From: Tubulanus polymorphus | Taxonomy: Eukaryota; Animalia; Nemertea | Length of the DNA stretch: 64,000 nucleotides | NCBI RefSeq assembly: GCF_964204645.1 | Contig: NC_134026.1 | Coordinates: 15,596,150-15,660,149, forward strand | Reading direction: 5' to 3' | In this document: positions 50,507-62,717 of the stretch, one piece after another | Numbering within the stretch: the stretch's first letter is position 1 | Layout of the letters: each line of letters starts with the position of its first letter | The notes under the pieces: model-generated | The model's database searches: none | Told to the model about the DNA's origin: nothing | The model's input: only the letters and a program-made list of their open reading frames with translations | Made by a program: the position numbers and the translations under genes

Positions 50507-53500
50507 TCTATTGGTTTTTCCAAGATCCGATGCATCCTCTATCGGAAGGGCCGGATTCGAACCTGATCATATGGCATCGCTACACTCAGCAACGACCTTA
50601 CCCCTGTCACACTAGACAGAATCAGATAAGCCCTTGTTTAATCGCTGAGGCAAATTTTACCGAAGTACTATGGGAAAACCCTGGCTGAAATTGAATAGGA
50701 TCTCTGATTGGCTATAAATGATATCATTCTAAGCTGCGCACTCAATCTAGTGTGGCCGGTTTTTGTACCGTGGTAGGCTCGATGCCGCTCGGTTCGAATC
50801 CATTCCGGGGTCCGAGGAGGATGGATCCAATGAGACATATAACAAAATTAGATAGGCCTTTATATGGAGTAGGCCTACTAGACGTAAATGTGTTAGTAGG
50901 CTAAGCTAGTGCAAATATAAATGATTTTCAACAGACCCAAAGGGATGAACCCACACAAAATATTGTTAAACCGTTTAAGTTTCCGGATTTAAGAACCCGG
51001 AAGTGAGTCGTCGAACAAATTGAGTCGTATATCTAGACGTATTGGCCCCACTCCGTGCGGTTGCGCCGCCGCGCGGGATTTACGCTTAGCAGCAGAAACA
51101 AACATGGCCACCTTTCGAGTTTTCAATGTTAAAAAGTGTGTATGGATTTCACTTATTTCAGCTGTTAGTGTTTCAAGGCACAATATAACTACATGGTGTG
51201 ATATGGCGATGTTAATGTGCGGAACGTTTGCTTTTGGAACAATAATGATGGTTGGTGGGTAGTCATCGATTCTTAAGCCATGATTTACCACATGTTACTT
51301 CCGTGTTGTTGAAGTTCTCGCAAGAATGGCGCAACATTGAAAGTGGCAATAAATGCCAAATATCATGCACATTTTTTGTACATATTCATAATTTACCTGC
51401 TATAAAGTGCCGATAAACAATCGCATGTTTACGATGAGTATGTTTGGCCGCGATGGTTGCCTTTTGGGATGCGATTTTGTTCACAAGAGAGTTTTCGCCA
51501 TCTTGTTTGCAGTGCGCATGCTCCCCATTCTGTTTGTAAACATCATCCACACGTGTGCACTACACTCGCTGTATCAGCGTTTGCCGCTCTCAACCATCAA
51601 ACAAAACAGCGTCAAATAGCCTACCGGAACCTAGTCGCGTACACTCCTAATTCAAGTAGAAATTATTATTATTTTAACATTTGGAAAATTTCTCAACCTT
51701 TCAACCTTTGATATGAAAGCCTATTATCCCTATTACTCTTAAAATATTCATATATATGAATAAAATATAAATGAATAACCTCTAAAATCAATTTAAAAAA
51801 AAATTTAGTATTAAAATGGAAGCAAATAAGTACTACTGTTCAACATGTAATATCAATATAGATAAATCCCAAAAAGCAATACACAATAAAACTAAAACAC
51901 ATTTAGAGAATAAATTGAAATTAGAATATAAAGATGATATATTAGAAACTAAATTAGAAGAATTAAAGAATGAAAAAGAAACATATAAATGTGATACATG
52001 TAATCAATCATTCAGTGATAAAAGATATTATAATGAACATTTAAAATCTAAAAGTCATATTATAAATATGAATAATGATATTTTAGGTGAAGATTATTTT
52101 GATAAAGATAATGATAAGAAACAGAAGAGAATTAAAAGCAAAAAAAATAAATTAAACAATAAAAGACCATACATGGAAGATGTAAGAAAATATATTAATT
52201 TATTATCTAATAAAAAAGATATAGAGATAACCGAAGCATTTAAAAGTGATATTGGCCCAGCAGCTATCGAGTTTAAATTTCATAAAGGAAAAACATTAGA
52301 AGAAAATAAAAAAACATTTAGAAAATATGAAAGAAATAATAAAAATAATAACTGATGTTGAATACCCTAAAATAAGTATATCTTCTAAAGTTAAATTCAT
52401 AAAATCTGAAGATAAACTAATATATAATATAAATTCTCATTCACAACATATTATATCTAAAAAACATATAGATGATAAATTAGATAAATGTTATAATGAA
52501 GTAAAAACTAAAATAGAAGAGAAATATTTTGAAGGATCTGGTTTAATATTTGATGAAATAATATTTATGACTTGACATGTTTATAACACAAAATATAATA
52601 AGTTAACTAAATCGAAACCAATAGATGAAAATAATGTATCATATTATAAAGAACCAGATATTGAAGCATCGAGTTATATCAAACTACCATTTAAAACTAA
52701 TGCTGTAATAAATGTACAAAATTTTGATGATAAATGTTTTCTATGGACAATTATAAGTTGCTTACATCCAACAGAAGATATTACACATAGTTTTAGATTA
52801 ACAAATTATAAACCATTTGAAAATAATTATAAGATAGATAAGTATCCTGTTAGAATTGAAGAGATTCCAATAATAGAAAGAGATAATAATCGAAGAATAA
52901 ATGTATTTGAATTAATCAAATTGCCAAATACAAAAGGTAACAATATAAAACATTATACATTAGAACCTTTATACCTATCAAAAGATTATGATTCAAACGA
53001 TGTTATAGATATATTATATTATGAGAATCATTATATGTGGATTAAACAAATAGATTTATTCTTTAGAACAGAAAGTGATCACCATAATAAAATATATCTA
53101 TGTAGAAAATGTTTACATAGATTCAGTAATGAAAGTACATTATTAAATCATAAACAATCATGTGAAAATCATGATTATTGTAAATTAGTTTTACCAAATG
53201 AAAAGGATAAAATATTAGAATTCAAAAAATATGATTACAAAAAATAAGTACCATTTGTTATATATGGAGACTTTGAATCATTAGATAAAGAATTAACTGA
53301 TCAAGATAGAAAAGAAATATATTATAAAAGAAAGAAATTAAATTCTAATGAAAATGATTTTTCAGATGAACCACCAAAAACAAATACTATTAAAACGATT
53401 CATCAATCAGCTGCAGCTTTCGGGTTATATATAAAATCTGATTATCCAGAACTTATTGAAAGTGAATATTATGATTATAGAAATGAAAATGTTATCAATC

Positions 53501-55481
53501 ATTTTTGTGACTTATTAATTGAATATGAAATAAGATTTAGTAAATTATTGAATACAAATATAGAAATTATAATGACAGAAGAAGATAAAGAAGCATTTGA
53601 GTTTTCAGATAAATGTTATTATTGTGAAAAGATATTTAATTATACAGATAAAAAAGTAAGAGACCATGATCATTGGGATGGAAAGTTTAGAGGCGCTGCA
53701 CATGAGAATTGTAACTTACAAGCTAAGAAAATTAACTTTGTACCAGTTATATTTCATAATCTATCAGGATATGATGCACATTTATTCATCAAACGGTTAT
53801 GCCATAAAATAGAAGAAATTAATAATGAAATAGAAAGATTAAATTCAAATAGATCAAAGGATAAAATACCAACTTATAAATTTAAAATGTCAGCTAAAAC
53901 ACCTGAGAATTATATATCATTCCAATTTGGTTGCCTAAGATTTATAGATTCATATAGATTTTTTTTAAATAGTTCATTAGATAACTTATCAAAATCATTA
54001 GTTGATGATGAATTAAAAATATTAAAACAACACTACCCAAATAATGATGATTTTCAATTAATGAGATATAAAGGCGCAATTCCATATTCTTTCTATAAAA
54101 ATCATAATGATTTTAACATAACTGAATTATTGAAAGAACAATTCTATGATGAATTAAAAAATGAATATGTTAAAGATGAAGTATACAATAGAACATTGAA
54201 AATTTGGAATCATTTCAAAATAGAAAATCATGGACAATTAGTAGATTTATATTTAAAATCAGATGTATTATTATTAACTGATATATTTGAAAGGTTTAGC
54301 GATGTAAACCTAAAATATTTCAATATTGATCCTTGTCATTGTTATTCATCACCAGGTTTAACATGGGATTGTGGATTAAAATTTACAGATATAAAAATGG
54401 ATTTGTTAACAAATATAGATCAATTATTATTATTTGAAAAATCTATAAGGGGAGGAGTTTCAGGTGTATTAGGTGATAGATATTTCAATGTAAATGATAA
54501 CCCTGGATATAAGTTATTATATATAGATGTAAATAATTTGTATGGTTGGGCAATGATGGAACCACAACCTTATGGAGTATTTAAATAAGTAGAGTTTCAC
54601 AACATGAAAATAACGATAAATTTGATTGGAAGAAGATGATTCAGATACTGGTTACTTCTTTGTTGTAGATTTAGAATATCCTGAACATATTAAATTTAAA
54701 TCTAGAAATCTAGCATACTGTCCAGAACATAAAACTGTAACTCATGAAGAATTATCAAATTATCAAAAAAGAATTAAACCCGAAAATCATATTCATACAG
54801 AAAAGTTAATGGTAACTCAAGAAGATAAATATAATTATGTAGTACATTATAGAATGTTAAAGTTTTATCTAAAACAAGGAATGGTTCTAAAAAAAGTACA
54901 TAGATATATTTCATTTAGTCAATCTAAGTGGTTAGAAAAATATATAGATTTCAACACCAAACAGAGAACTGAAGCTAAAACTGATTTTGAGAAAGATTTC
55001 TTCAAGTTAATGAATAATGCATTCTATGGTAAGACTTGTGAAAATATTAAAAATAGAAATGATATTGAGTTAGTTAGTAATGGTAAAAAGATAAGGCATT
55101 TACAAACATATCCTAAGTTTTTAGGTAACAGAATATTTGATAAAAATTTAGCAGCTGTAAAAATGAGAACTTCTATGAAATTTAATAAACCAATCTATGT
55201 TGGCGCTTCAGTTTTAGAATTATCAAAATTACTAATGTATGAATTCTATTATAATGTATTACAACCTCATTTTGGAGAAAAACATATAGAAATCTTATAT
55301 TTTGATACTGAGAGTTACATATTAAAGATAAAAACTAATAACATAACAGATGATTTAAAAACATTAAAAAAACATTAAAACATCATTTTGATTTCAGTAA
55401 TTATCCTAAAGATCATGAATTGTTTAGCAATGATAATAAAAAAGTTCCTGGTAAATTCAAAGATGAATTAGGTGAACTAGA

Positions 55482-57922
55482 TTAATTGAACAAACGGAAA
55501 TGCATCAAAATAGAAGTAATATCGTTCAGCAACGGTGGCCCAGCTTCCAGGCAGTCATTAAGAGATACGGAAGACTTCGACTGTCGACAGCTGCAATCGA
55601 AAACAATACGAATCGGAGTAGTAGATGACTGCCTGAAAACCGGGTGATGAGGAATATAATGCTCACGAGTGCTAGAAACGGAGGGAATTTCAACAGGCTC
55701 AATAAACCCACGTGACAATTGATCAGTAATTATAGCACTATATTTCTCCAACAAACCTTCGGTTTTAGCGATGCGGCGAACCGTAGAGCGAGTTCTGGCT
55801 TTGGAAACATTATAATTTGTGGGTAGTATGCCGTGATTATCTTTCCAAGGCAAATTAACCCTGTATCTCCCGTCTACTAACATGATAGACTTACTACAGA
55901 ACTCATCCAGAAAATATGTATCTCGGTCAGTAGGTGACTCTATACCCAACGTTTCTAGAGACCAGAAACGTCTGAGATCAAAAGTGTTAGGTTCAGCAAT
56001 TATAGACAATTGAACAGAATTGGTTAAGTCATCACCGTTATACCGACCCGCAATTAAATGACCCAATTTCGACGGAACAGCAACCGGACCACATGCAGAT
56101 TTAATGAGCTGATTACCAAGAACAAAAAGGTAGTAATTATCAGATCCAATGAGTAATGAGATATCAAAGGAACTAGAACTATACCCCGGCGGATGGGCAA
56201 AATTCAAACCTTTAAATTCAGGTATGCAATTAACTGAACCGTTAGAAACTCTGAGTGGTCTGGTTATCTCCGATACAACGATAGCTTCTACAGAAACAAC
56301 TGATTTATCAACAGTACACGTAATACTGATCCACACGACGTCAATTACTCTAGACCCAGTACTGACAGCACCGAACCCACTCAAATCAACGGATTCAAAT
56401 CTATGAGGTTTAACACCTAGCTGGCGAACTAAAGCCGACGTAACGAAAGTACGATGTGATCCATCATCTAATAGTATGTGAGCATTAAGACGAGTACCTT
56501 CACTCTCCACCGGTGCTACAGCAGTCTTCAGATATATAGTAGAGGAAACACCACCCTCAACCACGGAAAGATGATTAAATTCAGAAACTGGTGGCGGTGG
56601 ATCATCAATGCCAGCCTTATCTGAAGACCCTGAATCTGAATTAGAAACGTTATTGGACGTTTGACCATGTTGTAATTCACGTGGAGTTTTAGCTACCGGT
56701 GGATGTGAGGGCCCAGCTTTCGAATTAACAGAATGAACTTGAACTTTCAACTGCCCCGGAAATTCCGCCCCATGAATACTAGTATGATGTCGTTTGTTAC
56801 AAACTCTACATGAACCCTTGACGAACATTTATTCATTCTATGAGCACCACGACAATTGAAACATAACTTGTTTCGTAAAACAAAATTCAGCCTAGCCTGC
56901 GGGTCAACGTATAGCCCACAAGCCGTAGGGTAATGGTCATTCGACTGACAAAAACGACATTTAAACTTCACACGATTATAATCATGCACATTCCTTGCGG
57001 TATTATTGTCGACGAGAAGTGACGTCATCGTTCCGGCTGATGACGTATCGCAGAACTCGAGAATATTAATTTCATCTAATATCGCAGAACGTTACACAGA
57101 CAATTCAAATTCGCAACTCCCATTCGCACGCGCAATGTTCCGCTTTACCTCAGCGGGCAATTTATTCATGATAATAGGAACTAGAAGTGTACCATAGGAC
57201 TCGGCCCCGACCTTCAAAGATTCAAGACTTCGGATATGCAGCTCTAAATTATCATAAAAACGACGCAACGAATTTAAACTGTAGACTGGAGGTTCTAAAT
57301 CAACTAGTTGGTTCAAATTGGCCTCGCTTATTTTATGAGAAACGCCAAATCTATCCTTCAAGAGTTGTTTAGCTTTAACATAATTAACGGATGTTAAAGG
57401 CAGACCTTCAATAACGAGCCTAGCGTCACCGCCTAAATGGCATTTCAGATGATCGAACTTTTCGACGTCACTCAGTGAATGTTGGTTGTCGACTGTAGAT
57501 TCGAACAAATCCCAGAAGGACGACCATTCTAGGATATCGCCACTAAATTTCAGTAATTGCAATTTTGGCAACGAAATTCTCGACCTTTGATGGGTTGCCG
57601 CATTGTTCGAATCGGACCTATTTTTCGACAAAAGCTCGTTAAACGCAAATTCGAGAAAATTGATATCTGTCAATTTATCATTCAATTCATCGTCTCCGGC
57701 TGAAACGAATTCGCTCAAAGCTGCGCCCTTCAACGTACACTCACTGACAAGATCTCGCTCAATTTCTTCGAGTTTACCGAATTTATGACGTAAGGTAAGT
57801 AAGGTGGACATACCTTTTGCAGCGCTCTCTTCTGTGAGTAACTGATCGCATTTGGTCTTCAATTTGGTAAACTGTCCACGATGTGTGGTCCGTAGCTGCT
57901 TTAAAGTCTCGAAGTTTGACAT
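55482..57922 (-). pseudogene. gag: Bel/Pao #3 gag-protease-RT start
   Basis: ISLPKLQLLKFSGD, CRFCQSNDHYPTAC, CFNCRGAH, CRVCNKRHHTSIH, LLDDGS, YIPHHPV, SLNDCLEAGPPL. Confidence 0.9.
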
Positions 57923-57956
57923 CTTGACATCAGCTGGTTATCAGATCCTTAGCTCG

Positions 57957-57972
57957 CCGGCTCGAGGGACCA
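57957..57972 (-). promoter_or_regulatory. Primer-binding site, tRNA-Tyr type
   Basis: Minus strand TGGTCCCTCGAGCCGG, one mismatch to the canonical TGGTCCTTCGAGCCGG. Confidence 0.78.
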
Positions 57973-57977
57973 AATTA

Positions 57978-58208
57978 TGTGGTGAAATACATGCCAGTAC
58001 GAGATCGCCGACACCACATAAGAGAGATAGAGAGAAACACAGTACTGCTTGGAATACAGACACGATCTGAGTTTTATTCATAACATATGACTTGATATAT
58101 ACAACTTTATCTATAGAAATGCAACGATATGTGACAGAGATTGAGATTTGTGACTGAGAACTCAATGTGTGTTGACGGGGCTTAAACACTATCGTGCGAG
58201 TCACGACA
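57978..58208 (-). repeat. 5' LTR of Bel/Pao #3 (~231 bp)
   Basis: Minus strand TGTCGTGACT...TTCACCACA with internal AATAAA; pPolB resumes at 58209. Confidence 0.82.
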
Positions 58209-58611
58209 GTGGTGAAGAAATGATTGAATTCATTGGTATTAGATCTAAAATGTATTCATATAAAACTAAAGAACATGAAGCTAAAAAGTTAAAAGGAATA
58301 ACCAAAAGTGTAGTAGAAAAGATTCATTTCAAAGATTACATCAATTGTATATTCAAAAAAGAAGTTAGAAAACATAAGATGAGATGTTTAAGATCTGAAG
58401 ATCATGAAATGTTTATTGAAGAGATAGAGAAGATAAGTTTGAATCCATTTGATGATAAAAGATATATTCTGGATGATGGAATTCATACAGTTGCATATGG
58501 TTGTAATTTAGATGAATACTTAAAATTTAAAAGAGAAGAAACAAAAGAGAACGAGATAATGAAAAGAATTCTAACGTGTTAATCAAATTTTAATAAAAAT
58601 ATGTATTATAA

Positions 58612-58964
58612 ATGGAGAGTAAACAAGCAAACAGTGAGAACAACAAATTATTTCTAGATAGAATAAAAGATACTTCAAATGTCAAATTAGTAGATTATAA
58701 ATTTAAGAAGTTAAAAGAATTAATAATCCATAAGAAATATCTAATTACAAATATTGATACATTTACTAACAAATATGGAGTAAATTAGTTATACACTTAG
58801 AATATGAAGGATTAAAAGGAAATACATATAAATTCAGAACATATTTACCAGATAGATTTCATAGATTATCAAGTGAAGATTTTGAAGAATTATGTTCTGG
58901 TGGTTTCTATTTCGTATACAAAGGTAAGAATGAAAAAGGGCACCATGAAATAGATTTCGAATAA
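58612..58964 (+). pseudogene. Maverick small ORF downstream of pPolB (disrupted)
   Basis: MESKQANSENNKLFLDRIK...NKYGV.../YKGKNEKGHHEIDFE*; homologous to 2317-2643. Confidence 0.65.
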
Positions 58965-58978
58965 AATATGTAAAATAA

Positions 58979-59737
58979 ATGGTAGAATTAAAAGAATACA
59001 GACTATTTGTTGATTCTAGAAAACTTACAAATTATAAATCTCATAATTTACTAGTTCAATTAGATAGGGAATATAAAAATTGTGTAGATTTAAAATAAGT
59101 AAATATAAGTTTATGTAATTCTTTTTACAATATATCGAATAAAACTATTGAAGATGATACTTTAGAAATGTATAAATAGAAATGTAAATAAATGGTTTCA
59201 TCTAACTTTAAAACCAGGATTATATAATTTAGATACATTAGCTCAAGAAATTAATCGAAGAGCACGGTTGAAAATAAGAAGAGATGATAAATTTTTAATT
59301 AGATTTATAAAAAGTGATAGCACAAATAAAATTAAAATAAAGGTACATGATGAAAGTCAACATGCATTTATGGTAAAAAACCTATAGCTAAACTGTTAGG
59401 AATTGTAACAGATACTGTTACAGGAAACGTAGATGGTAATTCAAATTTAATGACTTTTACACACTTTTATATTTATTGCAATTTAATTGATCCTACAAAA
59501 ACATTCGAAGCAACTAAAGATACAACATGTAATTCTAGTATATTAAATATTTTACCATTAAAGAATGTTAAACAATTTGGAACGCAAATAAATTATAATT
59601 TAGCTGAATGTGATCTTAAACCTTGTATTCCTCAATTTAATAATTTTAAATTAGAAATAAGAAATCATAATGGATATTTAATTGATTTGAATAACTTTCC
59701 TGTGATATATGAATTAGTTATAAGATGTAGAGAGTAA
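58979..59737 (+). pseudogene. Minor capsid protein (penton-like, single jelly-roll), disrupted
   Basis: NSFYNISN, KPGLYNL, FYIYCNLIDP..SSILNILP..FKLEIRNHNGYLIDLNNFPVIYELVIR pattern recalls Polinton/virophage pentons. Confidence 0.68.
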
Positions 59738-59754
59738 TTTTTTTCACTATATAA

Positions 59755-60111
59755 ATGAACATAACTGTTGGACCGAGTATATGTTTTGGGTTTGATTTTA
59801 AACGTGAGAAAGAAATGAAATTTAACATTAATGATGTAATTACACATATTAAAAATATTGCATTTTCTAATGAAACAACATTTGAGTATGAAACAACAAT
59901 AGATAAAGAAACTTTAAATGTAGAAAAGATTACTAATTCAATTAGAGAATCTTTAAGATTTTATGAATTAGATGAAGATTTTATCATCGATGATATTAAA
60001 AAAATAATAATTGAAATATATACAAATGAAACTAGTAATGAAATAAATGTTGAATTAATCATAAATAAGTTAACTAAATATTTTGATGATAGTAATTTTT
60101 TTGATAAATAA
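59755..60111 (+). CDS. Maverick hypothetical acidic protein (118 aa)
   Basis: Open ORF with TATAAATG start motif; abuts the next gene. Confidence 0.55.
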   Translation: MNITVGPSICFGFDFKREKEMKFNINDVITHIKNIAFSNETTFEYETTIDKETLNVEKITNSIRESLRFYELDEDFIIDDIKKIIIEIYTNETSNEINVELIINKLTKYFDDSNFFDK

Positions 60112-60333
60112 ATGAGTGATAATAAGTGGATAATAACTGGATTATATAATGGAGCATTACTATCAGTTGGAACTGTTGGTTATTCAATGGTATTAAAAAA
60201 AGTATTCAAAATGGGAAGTGTTAATGTTGAAAGATTTGATATAAATGATATTTTAAAATTAACATTAGCAAATACTTTATCTAACTTAACTATTGATTAT
60301 TTAGAAAAACAAAAATATATTCCTCCTATATAA
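60112..60333 (+). CDS. Maverick small hydrophobic protein (73 aa)
   Basis: TAA-ATG abutting start, hydrophobic N-terminal helix, DYLEKQKYIP C-terminus. Confidence 0.62.
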   Translation: MSDNKWIITGLYNGALLSVGTVGYSMVLKKVFKMGSVNVERFDINDILKLTLANTLSNLTIDYLEKQKYIPPI

Positions 60334-60357
60334 ATGCATAATTATTTTACTAAATAA

Positions 60358-60775
60358 ATGGCTTCTGCAGTTATAACTATTATAGAATCGGCAATTGTTA
60401 ACGCTTTAGCATTTACTGGTGGTGGTTATTTATTTAAGCATATTGATAAAAATGGTTCATTAACAGAACAAAAAAGACATAACTTAGCATTAGAAAAATA
60501 CAATAAAGCAGCAGAAGAATATAGAGAAAAGAGGCAAAACTATATGGATTATATTAACAAAGAATTATATGATCAGAAGATTTCACATAGAGATTTTCAA
60601 TCAGTCGATGATGCAATGAGTTTATATAACCAATAAAGAAAAATTACATCTATACAAGCCTAAATTATCAGATTATTATACACCAAGTAAATAACAACAG
60701 AAATATGAAATAATTAAATGGATTTTAGGTGGAACAGTTATTGTTATATTTGTAGCATATAGATTTACTAATTAG
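60358..60775 (+). pseudogene. Maverick coiled-coil membrane protein (frameshift and stop after 60636)
   Basis: AIVNALAFTGGGYLF, EQKRHNLALEK; continues in another frame as PKLSDYYTPSK*QQKYEIIKWILGGTVIVIFVAYRFTN. Confidence 0.62.
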
Positions 60776-60794
60776 TAATTTTTTTGCTAAATAA

Positions 60795-61220
60795 ATGGAT
60801 GATAATATTGATATTATTCCTCATGATATAAATAAAACTAAATTAAAAACATATTTAGAAAAACAAATATTAGAATTTGAAAATGACTTAAAAGTTAAAA
60901 AGAAAAAATATTTAAAAAGTAAAATTATATATTATCTTATTATTAGTGGTTCAGTTACAATTAGTTCTGTAATAACATTTCTAGCAATATTCAGCCCATT
61001 AACACCTTTAGCTATATCAATTGGTGTATTAGGATTAAGTTCAAGTGTTTTAACCGGTATTAGTTCAAAATTAAATATAAAAAGTAATAAAGAAAAAATT
61101 AAAACTAATATAAAATAAATTAATAAATTAAAGAATACACTAGATTATATAATAAGTTTAAATGGTTATATAACAGTTGAAGAACAAGATAAATTATTAA
61201 AAGAATTAGTTAATTATTAA
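60795..61220 (+). pseudogene. Maverick two-TM-helix protein (internal stop at 61116)
   Basis: Two hydrophobic segments flanked by basic coiled regions; the frame continues past the stop to 61220. Confidence 0.58.
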
Positions 61221-61305
61221 TTTTTTAATTATATAAATGGCAGATAGTTTTCCAAAAGCTTTCCAATATAATAAATCAATTAAATATAATATTCCTGCAA
61301 TGGAT

Positions 61306-62585
61306 TTAATTAATAGATGTAATTAATATGGCGGATGATTCTAATGGCCGAATATTTGAAGAAATGGCATTGGGTAAAACGTTGAAATTGCACAACTTTT
61401 CCACCATGATTTTATCGTCTGCGAATACAGCATATTCACAAGATCCTGCTGTGGCCGGCTTAACAGGAACACTAGTGTGACACACCTTACTACTGGTGGC
61501 TTCACAAGAAAGTAGTTCGCTTGTAGTTAAGAGGGCATAATAAGAGTTATCATTCGAAAGCGCCAGGTAATCAGCATGGCTTACTAATTTATTGCCGTAA
61601 TTCGACGTGCTGTTGATAGGCACGGGAAATGTTTGAATTTGAAATAATTGTAAAGGGTACCGAAAGTATGAAAGAGGCAACTTAATAGTTAAGAAAATTC
61701 TATCCCGTCGTCTAGTGTAAAAGAATGATGCTTCCGAGAAATAATAGTGTACGTCCGTAATGGCAACATGCATCTTACTATAAGAAGCTACGAGTTTTTG
61801 AACATGATTTATAGTCCCTTTCAAGACATGCGGTGAGATTAGACTCGGCGGAATCTTTCCAGAAACCAATTGGCGAATACCTTCATGAAACTGATTTATA
61901 GATGTCGTGATAAGATGTGAATTACTTAGAGTAGTGAACAAAAGATTATACATTTGTGAACTAGTCATTTCCATATTATAGATTGATTCTACTTCATTCT
62001 GTACCTGTTGTATCATATGATTGGTTGTTTTGATGGCCGACATAGCATTAGTTAGACGTTTATTGACACTTACAATGTATGATGCCATGTGTCCCTGCAA
62101 ATGTTCGACCGCATCATGTTGCCTGTTAACTTTTGACACGATGGAATTAACTTTCGCTACTACCCTATTTAAATCGTCTGAAGTTGCTGTGCCAAAAAGC
62201 GTTTTAGAAATGTCACCGATAAAATTAAGAAGTCCACGTTTAGAACGGCTGCCTTTGGTTGGTTGCTCTGAATGGGGAACCAGCTTGTGAACAGTTTTGA
62301 CAAAATCACCGATATAGTTCAAACATCGAGCTCGTTCAGTATCAATTGTATCTATAGCCTTATTGAATATTTCGCAAGCCGTGGAAGTATTGGTGCATCT
62401 AGAGATCGGAACGTATTTCTTAATTGTAGGGATCGGGAACTCGTAGGTGTGTAACCATGCATCGGAGCTGAAGTGCAAGTCCGACTGCTTTTCAAAAATA
62501 ACACCGTAATTCAATTTTCTAATGGCATTTGATGGTTTGACGGTTGCCATCAGGAGGAACAGAACAATCGCTGTGGTTGCCAATC
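61306..62585 (-). CDS. env: Envelope fusion glycoprotein (baculovirus F/errantivirus-type), C-terminally truncated
   Basis: Signal-peptide-like AIVLFLLMATVKPSNA, NYGVIF, furin site RSKR then fusion peptide GLLNFIGDISKTLFGTAT, heptad region, Cys cluster. No TM anchor before the junction. Confidence 0.85.
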
Positions 62586-62614
62586 CTACAAATGAAAAAG
62601 AGAACCTCAGTTAG
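62586..62614 (-). promoter_or_regulatory. env splice acceptor (branch point, polypyrimidine tract, AG)
   Basis: Minus strand CTAAC-TGAGG-TTCTCTTTTTCATTTGTAG|GATTG directly before an env frame that lacks ATG. Confidence 0.72.
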
Positions 62615-62717
62615 GACCGAATGAATCAAGGAAGAATGCGGGCCCTGCATCTAACCTAAAATCCTAGCACAGATAGTTGGCCCTAATTGAGAACTAATCC
62701 AAGAGTTGAATGGCTAA

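Larger units (their letters stand above)
55475..58208 (-). mobile_element. Bel/Pao LTR retrotransposon #3 (5' half only) inserted in pPolB
   Basis: 5' LTR, PBS, gag, protease and start of RT; higher GC than the flanks. Confidence 0.92.
51816..58582 (+). pseudogene. Protein-primed DNA polymerase B (51816-55474 plus 58209-58582) with N-terminal C2H2 fingers and an endonuclease VII-like insert
   Basis: YGDFES, FHNLSGYD, YLKSDV (exonuclease I-III); DVNNLYGWAM, KLMNNAFYGK, YFDTES (normally DTDS); VRDHDH..GKFRGAAHENCN; GKFKDELG|GEEMIEFIGIRSKMY; LNPFDDKRYI. Multiple stops and frameshifts. Confidence 0.93.
51660..61305 (+). mobile_element. Decayed Maverick/Polinton-like endogenous virus
   Basis: pPolB, penton-like gene and small membrane-protein ORFs; all plus strand, tightly packed, very AT-rich. 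No TIR seen. Confidence 0.88.

Noticed and set aside
61237-62585. env as a captured Maverick gene
   Set aside because: It is on the opposite strand, has higher GC, is contiguous with the Gypsy integrase and truncates a Maverick ORF; the adjacency is a deletion/insertion junction.
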